Positions 20,877 through 30,216 of a stretch of 64,000 nucleotides of DNA are shown here, piece after piece. Positions within the stretch are counted from its first letter, which is position 1; each line of letters starts with the position of its first letter. Origin of the DNA: Arenicellales bacterium. GTDB taxonomy: Bacteria; Pseudomonadota; Gammaproteobacteria; Arenicellales; JAJDZL01. The position numbers were made by a program, and so were the translations under genes. The notes under the pieces are model-generated. The model saw only the letters and a list, made by a program, of their open reading frames with translations, was not told the DNA's origin and did no database searches. The stretch spans positions 86,492-150,491 of the forward strand of contig CBDAUN010000001.1 in the NCBI GenBank assembly GCA_965200645.1, in the 5' to 3' direction.

Positions 20877-22553
20877 TCATCCTAAAGCGTTGATTTCTAT
20901 CACAATGAGCAAGTGCTTTGCTCGGGTACGCGTAACATAGTTTTCAGTCCGCGCTTTGCTATCTTCGGATGACACCGGCTTGGTTAAAACAATGACGACA
21001 TCCGATTCCAACCCTTTGAATTGGTACGTCGAAACAGCCAAAACACCCTTGTCTGCCTTCCAATCATCCACACGATCAGTACTCGGTATCGTCTTCCCAA
21101 ATCGAGCTGGGATTTCTTTAATGATGTAATTCGAACCGAGAACCGCAACTTGAGATTTCCTTAGCCCTTCTGCAGTGGGCGTGCACAACCTCTTCACTTC
21201 CCGATTCACAATGTCAATTGCTTCCGACACCGAGTCGACAGCATAGACATTAGGCTCCTCGCCTTCCGCCGAATGTGGCTTCAAATCTACTTGTATGTCA
21301 ATCAGCGAAGCACAATGTTCGGCAATTTGTCTAGTATTTCGACAGTTTGTATTTAAAGGGTACAGGCGGTCGTTTAATTCACTTGGCAAGCTAGGTCGGG
21401 CTACAAACAAGTTTTGGTTGGGGTCTAGAAAGATGAAATAGCAATACTTTTCTTCTGAATTTTGGAACAGAAACTCTAAGCTGAGCCACCAATCCTCATG
21501 AAAATCCTGACCCTCGTCAACGATGACCGCATCGAATTTCTCGTCGACAGATAACTTATCGCAAGCCTCAATTAGTTTATTGGGTACAACCTTCATCCAA
21601 AAATGATTGTCTAACTGCATGCCCTTTGGATGAAACTCAGTATTGGTTTGCGTACACAGGTCGCTCACTAATTTGTGGTAATGGGTGACAACCAAGTTGT
21701 CTTCCAACTCCTCAACAGACTTACTCTTCAACCATTCTCCTAATAGGCGGTTGTAGCAAACGAGCAAAACTCTTTTCCCTGACTTCGCAATTTCCTGTGC
21801 CTTGGCAAGTGCTAACAAGGTTTTGCCAGTACCGGCACCACCTTCAATGACTGCAAGCCTTTGCTTCGACAATGTTTGCAGAATCTGCATTTGCTCCTCT
21901 GTCATTCGATGTAGCTTATCTTCTTGATCTTCAATACTACGCCACATAACAGGGATGATTGCATACATTGGAAGCAACGCATCCTTGACTCGCATAAAGT
22001 CTTGTTTTTTCAAAGCCTGTTGCCCACCACGCCGAAAACACTTGAACGCCTTGTTGATGGCACTTTGAATCTTGTCAATCTTCGATGCATCAATGATTAG
22101 ATTTGAAGAGAGGTCAGATGGAACAGTCCCCATAAACTTTCCATCTGGAAACACTAGCGCATAGCCATAGGTGAACGGCAGTTGTTCGCATCTCAGTTTT
22201 TCCTTTAAGGTGTCAACAATAACGTACATGCTATTACGCACCTGACCAGTTGGGTCTTTGTTTAAGTTTTCGACCTGTCCAGCACGCAAAGTTCGTTGCC
22301 AGGCATTAACTTCCTGGTCGTATTTGATATACCCACCCTTCACTTCTATGAACAAAATACCTTGACTGGGGTCAATCAACACAAAATCACACTCGCCTTC
22401 AATCAAACGACCGGACTTTTGTTCGCTCAACCAGTTGAAGCTGTGAATCACCAAAACACCATCCGGAAGTTGCTTGATGAGTTCTTCAGCGACCTTCCTT
22501 TCCGATGAATTTTGAATCTCAGAAGGCGATATTTTTGGTAGGAGCTTGGCCAT
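20877..22553 (-). CDS. NERD (PD-(D/E)xK-type nuclease) domain fused to a superfamily-1 DNA helicase/ATPase
   Basis: 558 aa. The N-terminus GECDFVLIDPSQGILFIEVKGG fits the NERD D..(D/E)xK core. Helicase motifs are Walker A GGAGTGKT, Walker B AVIVDEGQDF, and the later motifs NCRNTRQI and YQFKGLESDVVIV. Confidence 0.75.
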   Translation of the reverse strand: MAKLLPKISPSEIQNSSERKVAEELIKQLPDGVLVIHSFNWLSEQKSGRLIEGECDFVLIDPSQGILFIEVKGGYIKYDQEVNAWQRTLRAGQVENLNKDPTGQVRNSMYVIVDTLKEKLRCEQLPFTYGYALVFPDGKFMGTVPSDLSSNLIIDASKIDKIQSAINKAFKCFRRGGQQALKKQDFMRVKDALLPMYAIIPVMWRSIEDQEDKLHRMTEEQMQILQTLSKQRLAVIEGGAGTGKTLLALAKAQEIAKSGKRVLLVCYNRLLGEWLKSKSVEELEDNLVVTHYHKLVSDLCTQTNTEFHPKGMQLDNHFWMKVVPNKLIEACDKLSVDEKFDAVIVDEGQDFHEDWWLSLEFLFQNSEEKYCYFIFLDPNQNLFVARPSLPSELNDRLYPLNTNCRNTRQIAEHCASLIDIQVDLKPHSAEGEEPNVYAVDSVSEAIDIVNREVKRLCTPTAEGLRKSQVAVLGSNYIIKEIPARFGKTIPSTDRVDDWKADKGVLAVSTYQFKGLESDVVIVLTKPVSSEDSKARTENYVTRTRAKHLLIVIEINALG

Positions 22554-22620
22554 TTAATTGAGTTAAATTCCGGTCATGTAAGGTGATGTGAGGTTGGCCA
22601 ATTAGCGGTTGAAACTCTTC

Positions 22621-23742
22621 TCAATGTTTGTGCGCACTGAAAGGCAGTGACACCAGGGATGCATCAAACCGTTCTCCATCAATCAAAACACTGACGACTT
22701 CGCCGGGCCGGACATTAGTGGAAATAAGCGCCAACCCAATGTTTCGTTTCATACCCCAGGACCACACTATCGTAGTGGCATCACCAACTTTAGCTTCGCC
22801 CTGGTAAAGTTCCATCCAACGTCGATTTCGATTCATTGGAGTCTCTGAATTCAATATCAGACCCAGTTGGTGGCGTTTAATCCCCTCTGCGTGAATTCGT
22901 TTCAGCGCCTTCATTCCAATTACCTCGTCCGGCAACTCAAAATTCACGTATTTCCCCATCCTAACTTCAAATGGATTGGTTTGACCGTCATTGTCCGCTC
23001 CGTTGCTGAATAGACCCGACTCAACTCTTTCAGGATGATTTGGAGCACCTGGCCGTATCCCCCATGGCCCGCCAGCTTCCTTCACGATGCTCCATAAATC
23101 AGTCCCACGTGAACCGTCCAACAGATAGAACTCAAAACCAGACTGTTTCGACCAACCCGACCGACTGACAAGAATGGGAATATCTCCAACTTGGGTCTCC
23201 TGGAACCAGAAAAATTTGATGTCCCGCACCCAGTCTCCCAGAATTGAGGCAACCACATCTTCAGATTTTGGACCCTGAATAGCCATTGGCGAAACATCCG
23301 GTTCACAGATGTCCACAACCAGTCCTCTCTCAGCACATATTGCACGCGCCCAAAACAGAACGTTTGAATCCGAAATAGAATACCGAAAGAAATCCTCTTC
23401 AAGCTTGAGTAAGATGGGATCGTTGATTAGTACTCCGTCATGATTGCACAGAGCAACATACATCCCCTGCCCAACTTGACAACCACTAATGTCGCGCGTA
23501 CATAAAATTTGAGTTAGCTTCGCTGCATCGCGCCCTTTAAGTTGCACCTGCCGCTGAGCACCCACATCCCACATGCAAACACCCTTCTTAAGACTCCAGT
23601 ACTCACCTTCTGGGTCCCCATAGGAGACGGGAAGCAACATTCCATTGTAGGTCGTTACCTCTGTAGCACCACTTGCTAGCGTCGCATCATAATACGGAGA
23701 TGCTCTTAATCTAGGATTGGGATTGATTACTTTCATTTTCAT
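22621..23742 (-). CDS. dmdA: Aminomethyltransferase (GcvT) family protein, DMSP demethylase (DmdA)-like
   Basis: 373 aa. RLRASPYYD, YNGMLLPVSY, WDVGAQRQVQLKGRDAAKLTQ, LINDPILLKLEED, MAIQGPKS, SRSGWSKQSGFEFY and PGAPNHPERVESGL match what I recall of DmdA better than canonical GcvT. The family call is solid; the DmdA subfamily call is from memory. Confidence 0.6.
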   Translation of the reverse strand: MKMKVINPNPRLRASPYYDATLASGATEVTTYNGMLLPVSYGDPEGEYWSLKKGVCMWDVGAQRQVQLKGRDAAKLTQILCTRDISGCQVGQGMYVALCNHDGVLINDPILLKLEEDFFRYSISDSNVLFWARAICAERGLVVDICEPDVSPMAIQGPKSEDVVASILGDWVRDIKFFWFQETQVGDIPILVSRSGWSKQSGFEFYLLDGSRGTDLWSIVKEAGGPWGIRPGAPNHPERVESGLFSNGADNDGQTNPFEVRMGKYVNFELPDEVIGMKALKRIHAEGIKRHQLGLILNSETPMNRNRRWMELYQGEAKVGDATTIVWSWGMKRNIGLALISTNVRPGEVVSVLIDGERFDASLVSLPFSAHKH

Positions 23743-23790
23743 TTAATGATCTGTAATGTCTAAAAATTTTCTCCAAACTCTATGAGACTT

Positions 23791-24309
23791 TTAGTTTGAC
23801 CAAGGGAATAGCGCCAACTGATTGACGTCTTCTTCCAGTGAATGACACATCCAGTTCAGTACCAACCCCGATTCTGCTTCAATTTTGTTGGCGGCAACGG
23901 GAGCCCAGTGTTCGCCTTGATTCAGCCGAATGGACAAATCACCTAAAACTGTATCGCGAACCACCTTGTTAAGTCCTTCACTAATCGGTGTACTACACCA
24001 CGATTTAACTGCTCCAAGAAATGCCTACAACTTGTGGAGTTGCTTTACCAACATAGCACCCGCTCTCGGATTATATTGTCGGTCTAGCACACTCATTCTT
24101 GGAAAATAACCGCGACCACAATCAGCGAAAGTGTCGCAATAAATCAGTGTGTAACCTTTAATCGACCCATAAATCAGTACTTGTGCCAGTCGATTGTATA
24201 TAACCTGTTCGTTGACTTGATTCAATGCTCGATGATCGTTTCTCAACCTTAGCTGTAGCAGAGTCATTAACTGAGTTTCGGATTCAATAGAAGTAGCAAG
24301 ACCGATCAC
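23791..24309 (-). pseudogene. Hypothetical gene interrupted by a single in-frame TAG (24025-24027)
   Basis: The track ORF 24025..24309 ends ..MLVKQLHKL*. The same frame continues for 77 more sense codons (AFLGAVKSWCSTPISEGLNKVVRDTVLGDLSIRLNQGEHWAPVAANKIEAESGLVLNWMCHSLEEDVNQLALFPWSN*). No family recognised. Confidence 0.45.
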
Positions 24310-24373
24310 TGCTTCTACCGAATCATTGATCCCACAGCAAAGGTCACACTGTCAAGTACCGTGTCAGTACCGA

Positions 24374-25644
24374 TCAATCCCTCTTGATGCCACCTTTGAA
24401 ATCGCTAATCGTAAATCCATGATTGATGACGTGGTAGAAGGTTTCACCTGAGTGGATGATTGCCACCTTGCGTTTTTGCGGAGATAAGTACACTTTAATT
24501 CCTCGTGTATTTTCAATTTCCTTTAATGCTTCGTACCACGCTACGCACTCCCTTAAAGGACCTGAAACTTCCAAAGCAGACGTTAGGGGTAAATCTTTAA
24601 GGGTCAATTCTTCAAGCGAATTAGCATCACCTGCATGCGAAGACAACTTGAACTGAAAATCCAGCTGTATCAAGTCTTTAATGCTGCTTCGAAACAATGG
24701 TTTTGCAATATCTGATGGAGAAACTCGTAGTTGTTTCACTCCCATGTCCCATAGAGTCAACTGTGCATAGTCACTACGAATTTTCTTACGGGAGAATTCA
24801 TCCAAGGCGCCAGTCAGCGAAATTTCAATGACCTCCTGCCAGTCCTGACATAAATCAAAACCCAACACAGGTGGCTGAGCGGACCGAGGAGTCTGCAAAG
24901 GATTGCTTGCATTGTCGATAGCAGCTACAGATAAAGATTTGTTACCCTTACAACGGACAAACTCAAACTCGTGTCCACGCTCATGAACTTGAATAATCCG
25001 ATAGCTTCAACAGGATAACGATGTATCCAGTCCAGCATTTCATGGCGTTCCAAGGATCCAAGATTGTCGTAGCGTTCCTTTTCATTTTCCAAATGTAAAA
25101 AAGTGGATAGTGGCTAAACAAAAATATTCGATTTGTCTTTAGTTTGGGCAAGGCCTGACTAAGCCATCGCTGTTGAGAATTTTTAAATCCAAACCAGACT
25201 CCAATACCTGTACGTTGACTCCTACAAAAGCGACTTCTTGGTACTGAAAAGCGAAATAGTGTTCACCGAAGTGCTTCGTCTACGCATCCAATTACTCCTT
25301 CCGTACAGTCCCGGCAGGACCCACTTTATTGGTCTGTCCCCAACATCGAGATTGCCTAAAGTAATGTGCAGTGGGTGCTTTCAGTGCTGCACCTGTTTTT
25401 AGAATTGCTCAGAGAGAACTTTATAGATGTCCAGTATAGACGGCACCGGATGAACCTCGTCACCTAAATGAATAACGCAGTCGACATCACGGCTGTTCAG
25501 ATCAATGATCACCTGGCGTAACTTTGGGTTCGCAATCCAATTGACTTCAAAGGAAGAACTGCTGCCGACTTCAGCCTCGTTCACATGAGTGTCGGAAACA
25601 ACGGCAAACGAAAAAAGTCTTTCGCCTTCAGCCAAATTCGACAT
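24374..25644 (-). pseudogene. Metallophosphoesterase (calcineurin-like) with C-terminal domain of unknown function, disrupted by several frameshifts/stops
   Basis: The N-terminal fragment (25399..25644) has FAVVSDTHV and VIHLGDEVH. Own three-frame reading of 24900-25400 finds the next blocks in shifting frames: PLHITLGNLDVGD, KHFGEHYFAFQYQEVAFVGVN, QQRWLSQALPKLKTNRIFLFSHYPLF, LDWIHRYPVEAI. The frame of the 174-aa track ORF (24374..24898) extends upstream into ..IIQVHERGHEFEF.., the last phosphoesterase His block. Confidence 0.6.
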
Positions 25645-25662
25645 TTCGCCTATAGCGGAAAG

Positions 25663-27153
25663 TCAGGATCTAAGCGGAATATTCCTGTTGCGACCTTTAA
25701 CAAAAACGACTAAAGATAACACCGTCAATGCCAAGAATAACCAGCAAATTGGACTTCGATAGAGAATCTCTAATCCTCCATCTGACAAGATGAGTGACTG
25801 GCGGAAGTAGTCTTCCAGTAACGGACCCAAAATAAACGCAATCAGAAATGGCGGGGCAGGAAATCGAAATAGCAACATCACATAACCCACGCATCCCATC
25901 AACAGCATCACCATGACATCGAACAAACTGTTGTTGACCGCGAATGTACCAAAGATACACAGCACGACCACAATCGGATACAGAATTCTATTTGGAACTT
26001 CAGATACCCGACTAATCACCCGAATGGAAAATTTTCCGACAAAAAACAGACACAGGCTACTCAGCATGATTCCTATGAAGAGTGCATAAATTAATGAGAT
26101 ATTCTCCACAAACAGCAACGGTCCGGGTTGCAGACCATGGATCATGAACGCGCCGAGTATGATTGCAGTTATGACATCTCCAGGAATCCCAAGCGCCAGC
26201 AGTGGAATCATGGTCGCACCTGTCACACCGTTGTTTCCGGCTTCTGCTGCGGCCACACCCTCGAGTTCACCTTTACCGAAGTTTTCTGGATTTTTTGAGG
26301 TTCGACGAGCTTCGCTATAGGACAGAAAGGCTGAAGGGGCACCGCCTATACCAGGTATCGCACCCAACACCACACCAATTAGGCTGCCGCGCAATATTGA
26401 CTTGAAATAACGTCTGAAGTCCGTGAAGGTTGCCCCCACTCCTGTCATGACAGACGTTTTGATTTGGTCAGCAGCTTGCTTGGTAAAAAAGTTAATTATT
26501 TCCGGCAGTGCAAACAGCCCAATCAGAACCGGTATGAATGACAATCCACCCATCAAATTCCAATTGTCAAAAATTAATCGGTTAGTTCCAAATACCGTAT
26601 CCAGTCCTATCACTGCGAACATCAGACCGAGACAGGCTGAGGCTATTCCCTTGATCAGGCTATCTCCAGATACACTGGCGATAATCGTTAGTGAAAAAAG
26701 AATGAGCGCAAAGCACTCCGGTGGTCCAAATTTAAGTGCGAGACCAGCGAGAATTCCGGCAAACAAAATTAGCGATAAATTGGAAATAAAATCAGCAAAG
26801 CATGAGGCATACAGTGCCATGTCCAAAGCTTTGCGTGCCTCTCCCTTTTGCGTTAATGGATAACCATCGAGCACCGTACAGGACGCCGCGGGAGTTCCCG
26901 GCACCTTAATTAAAATTGCCGTAATGGAGCCACCATACAACCCTCCCTTGTAGACTCCAAGCAACAGTAATATCCCTGTTAAAGGGGACATTGTGAAGGT
27001 AAACGGGACCACCAGTGCCACACCCATCGGTGTGGTCATACCGGGTATTGCACCGAATATGGCACCAATCAGAACACCAACCAAAATGATTAGTAGGTTC
27101 TGCAGGCAAATCAATAGCGATACTGCTTGGGCAATGTTCTCAAGCATACTCAA
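25663..27153 (-). CDS. tctA: Tripartite tricarboxylate transporter permease TctA
   Basis: 496 aa polytopic membrane protein, with GAIPGMT and GAIPGIGG repeats typical of TctA. Follows tctB with a 1-nt gap. Confidence 0.88.
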   Translation of the reverse strand: MSMLENIAQAVSLLICLQNLLIILVGVLIGAIFGAIPGMTTPMGVALVVPFTFTMSPLTGILLLLGVYKGGLYGGSITAILIKVPGTPAASCTVLDGYPLTQKGEARKALDMALYASCFADFISNLSLILFAGILAGLALKFGPPECFALILFSLTIIASVSGDSLIKGIASACLGLMFAVIGLDTVFGTNRLIFDNWNLMGGLSFIPVLIGLFALPEIINFFTKQAADQIKTSVMTGVGATFTDFRRYFKSILRGSLIGVVLGAIPGIGGAPSAFLSYSEARRTSKNPENFGKGELEGVAAAEAGNNGVTGATMIPLLALGIPGDVITAIILGAFMIHGLQPGPLLFVENISLIYALFIGIMLSSLCLFFVGKFSIRVISRVSEVPNRILYPIVVVLCIFGTFAVNNSLFDVMVMLLMGCVGYVMLLFRFPAPPFLIAFILGPLLEDYFRQSLILSDGGLEILYRSPICWLFLALTVLSLVVFVKGRNRNIPLRS

Positions 27154-27154
27154 C

Positions 27155-27631
27155 TCAACCGTAAATGAACTCGAACATGCCTAGCGGAATCGGAATATTA
27201 GCCACGAAAAGAAAAAATATAGTCAGTAGCATTGGCACGCTTAAACTGAGTATCACAAGCAACTTCCAACGTCGCTCACCGGCCATCCACGACAACCCAA
27301 AAATTATCAGTGCAGTTGACACAATCATTCCAAGTAGCGGCACCAAAAAGTAAACCGCAAAAAGCACACTTAATATGACTGCTAGGCGAGCCAGTCGTGC
27401 TGGAGGAAGAATGCTTGTTGACTGCTCCTGTGTTTCCTTTTTGCTTGGACATGTTGCGAGAATGACACCCATCAAAGTAAACACCGAGGCGATAATGATG
27501 GGCCAAAATTCTGGTGCGAGTGCCAGACTATCGACATTGGAAGGCGACACGATTCCGAACGGAATAAGCACGAACAGTGCAAACAGTCCCAATAACGTAA
27601 CACCAAGTCCTGTCAGGCGGGATTCAGTCAT
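27155..27631 (-). CDS. tctB: Tripartite tricarboxylate transporter small subunit TctB
   Basis: 158 aa with about four TM helices, located between the regulator and tctA. Confidence 0.75.
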   Translation of the reverse strand: MTESRLTGLGVTLLGLFALFVLIPFGIVSPSNVDSLALAPEFWPIIIASVFTLMGVILATCPSKKETQEQSTSILPPARLARLAVILSVLFAVYFLVPLLGMIVSTALIIFGLSWMAGERRWKLLVILSLSVPMLLTIFFLFVANIPIPLGMFEFIYG

Positions 27632-27635
27632 ACCA

Positions 27636-28841
27636 TTAATACAGGTCTCTAGCTAATTCTGTAAAAGATCCGCGCTCTGTTAGAAAATGATGGATTGCCA
27701 GCGACTGTGCTGCCTCATAACTTCTAATTCGACTGAACTCCAAATTGTGCCGAACAAATTCAGGGTCAATGTATTGGGAAACAGCCGACTTTATTGCCTC
27801 AACATACAGCGAACTATCGATCATTGGTCCGGAAATCACAACTTTCTGCGAATGCAAGAAGGAATTTGCCACCATAATTGCATACCCAAGTGAGCGGCCA
27901 GCATCCGCAAGCGTTCGTCCATTGTTGATGTGTGCATCTGGCGAATTGGCAGCAATCGCTTCTCTCAGTTTTGTTGCAAACTCATATCCGTCAGCACCGG
28001 AATTCACCATTGATTGGTTGATAACACCAAAACCACCGGCCATAGAATTCAGCGGTTGCAGTTTACTAAAGTCATCCGGGATAAGTAACGATTCGATCAA
28101 TCCAACGCGGGATTTATCACCACGAAGAAGTTCACCATCAATCTGTATGCTACAACCGATGCCTAAGGAACAATTAAACAAAACCACATTGTCAATATTT
28201 CGTGTGACCCCGAAAGAACGTATAGCTAAGTTCTTAGCATTGGGAATGCTCTCAAGTACGAATGGAAACTTGAGATTCTTCCTGAGTAACTCGCCAACAT
28301 TTACATTGCTCCAGCCAATCGCAGGTGCGTCACGCAGGAAGTTGTTGACGGGGTCGATACCACCTGTGATTGCAACACCACACCCAATAATTCGGTCAGG
28401 GTCAATGTTTTGTTCATGAATTAACTGATTGAGTTCGTTGACACACGTGGTCAACACTTCTGTTGCAGATTCTAGGCTGCGGAGCACAAGCCGTTTACTC
28501 GCAATGGTTTCATTTGCGATATTTGCGATCACAATATCTTGGCGAAATACATTAACGGTAATTGCAGCAACATATCCACCAGCGGCCCGAATCTGTATTC
28601 CTATGCGACGCCGGCCAGGCCGTTTTGGCCCGTCTAGGTATCCAACTTCTTCGACCAAGCCAACATCAAGAAGTCCTCGAGTGATGCGCGAAACGGAAGC
28701 CTCGGTCACTCCCAACAGCCTAGCAATGGACGTTCGAGATAGTGGACCACGCTTTAGAATTTCGGTCATTACCAATCGAGTATTAGAATTGATAAGACAT
28801 TGAGCGATGGCGAAACGGGTGGTAAAAAAAGGGCAATTCAT
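27636..28841 (-). CDS. ROK family transcriptional regulator (winged-helix + sugar-kinase-like domain)
   Basis: 401 aa. N-terminal wHTH (ILKRGPLSRTSIARLLGVTEASVSRITRGLLDVGLVEE) followed by a ROK/actin-ATPase-like body. First gene of the regulator-tctB-tctA string, divergent from tctC. Confidence 0.8.
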   Translation of the reverse strand: MNCPFFTTRFAIAQCLINSNTRLVMTEILKRGPLSRTSIARLLGVTEASVSRITRGLLDVGLVEEVGYLDGPKRPGRRRIGIQIRAAGGYVAAITVNVFRQDIVIANIANETIASKRLVLRSLESATEVLTTCVNELNQLIHEQNIDPDRIIGCGVAITGGIDPVNNFLRDAPAIGWSNVNVGELLRKNLKFPFVLESIPNAKNLAIRSFGVTRNIDNVVLFNCSLGIGCSIQIDGELLRGDKSRVGLIESLLIPDDFSKLQPLNSMAGGFGVINQSMVNSGADGYEFATKLREAIAANSPDAHINNGRTLADAGRSLGYAIMVANSFLHSQKVVISGPMIDSSLYVEAIKSAVSQYIDPEFVRHNLEFSRIRSYEAAQSLAIHHFLTERGSFTELARDLY

Positions 28842-28918
28842 TTCCTTGCTTCCCGTACGTCACACATATACTAGTAGAAACCTGACTGTCTAATATATAA
28901 ACTTTAATTTAATGGTTT

Positions 28919-29923
28919 ATGAGTTTTTTTAAGAAAATATTGAAAATACTGATGCCTAAAGTTTTATCAGTGCTTGTCGGTGTAGCGTTGATAGTTGTGT
29001 CAGGAATTGTCGTTGCAGAATATCCGACTAAACCAGTTACTCTGGTTTCACCCTACGGTCCCGGTGGGGCAGCAGACCTGGCAGCCCGTACCTTGTCGGC
29101 AACAGCACCAGACTATCTTGGAAATAGCATATTGGTTGTCAACCGAACCGGAGCCGCCGGTGTGACCGGCTCAACAACAGTGGCAATGGCTGAAGCTGAC
29201 GGTTACACTCTGCTTTTGGCCCGCGTTGGTTCGCAAGCCGCTGTTCCTGCAATGAATACAACAATTCCCTATTCCTGGGATGAGTTTACCTTTCTTGGTC
29301 TGCTTGAGCTCAACCCATTTGCATTAGTAGTCGCGGTTGACTCACCCTACAAAACGCTGGATGATGTGAAGGAGGCTATCGCAGCTGGAGCCGACCTAAG
29401 CTACTCCTCTGCCGGAGTGGGAACACTCTTGCACATTGCAATGGTAATGACTCTGGACCAATTCGGAATGGGTGCTGATGCGATGAAACACGTCCCCTTT
29501 AAGGGTGGTGGTAAGGCAGCAGCAGCAGTGGCTGGCGGCCACGTTGACCTGCTGTTTCAAAACCTTTCAGGTGTTATCAGCAATATTCAAGCTGGTACAC
29601 TACGAGCGCTTGTCGTAACGACACCGGACCGCATATTGGCGATAAAAGATGTGCCGACCGTAAGAGAAGCCGGTTACCCGGAACTTGAGGCCGTGATTGG
29701 CTGGAGTGGCGTATGGGGACCTCCTAACCTACCTGAGGAAGTCGTGGCAAAGTGGGTTGAGGTTCTGCAAAAAATTTCTGATGACATGGCTTGGTTAAAA
29801 TTCACCAAAGCACTTGGATCTATCCCTCAAGTACTCCCGCCAGCAGAAACAAAGGCTTTTGTAGAAAACCAGTACCTTGCGTTCAAGACACTAACAAACA
29901 AACTGGGGATGACTATTCGATAA
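28919..29923 (+). CDS. tctC: Tripartite tricarboxylate transporter substrate-binding protein (TctC/Bug family)
   Basis: 334 aa with a signal/TM anchor followed by YPTKPVTLVSPYGPGGAADLAAR, the hallmark Bug-family N-terminal block. Confidence 0.88.
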   Translation: MSFFKKILKILMPKVLSVLVGVALIVVSGIVVAEYPTKPVTLVSPYGPGGAADLAARTLSATAPDYLGNSILVVNRTGAAGVTGSTTVAMAEADGYTLLLARVGSQAAVPAMNTTIPYSWDEFTFLGLLELNPFALVVAVDSPYKTLDDVKEAIAAGADLSYSSAGVGTLLHIAMVMTLDQFGMGADAMKHVPFKGGGKAAAAVAGGHVDLLFQNLSGVISNIQAGTLRALVVTTPDRILAIKDVPTVREAGYPELEAVIGWSGVWGPPNLPEEVVAKWVEVLQKISDDMAWLKFTKALGSIPQVLPPAETKAFVENQYLAFKTLTNKLGMTIR

Positions 29924-30216
29924 CAAACAACTTTTCGCTCCACTTCTAAATTGCACAGTGATTCGTCGCTGTAAAAATTATTTATGGTGCGGATTTGCTG
30001 TTGCGATAGACTTGACCAAGCCATCGAATATTGTTGTCATTCAAACTCACCAGATGAGTTTTTCTCCTATGGCAATGCACCGGTCAAAACCCCTCACATT
30101 GATCAACAAACTGATAGCAAGTCAGAAGAACCGAACGTTTATTCGAGAAGCAACGAATGGCGAGCCAACGCTATTCGCAAAGAAATAGTTTCGATATTAC
30201 GATTCAAATTTAACCA

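Noticed and set aside
8377-24027. Two protein-like ORFs (8151-8396 and 23791-24309) are both interrupted by in-frame TAG codons, and an MttB-family gene is present. Could TAG be recoded, for example as pyrrolysine?
   Set aside because: Well-conserved genes end on TAG exactly at their expected C-termini; moaA ends ..SYVGG-TAG at 9965-9967 and the NUDIX gene ends at 7853-7855. The MttB homolog has no internal TAG, and no pyl genes are seen. Two independent nonsense mutations in decaying accessory genes is the simpler reading.
28869-28876. TACTAGTA palindrome in the 78-nt divergent region between the ROK regulator and tctC, considered as a possible operator.
   Set aside because: The palindrome is only 8 bp in AT-rich DNA, too short to distinguish from chance without comparative data.
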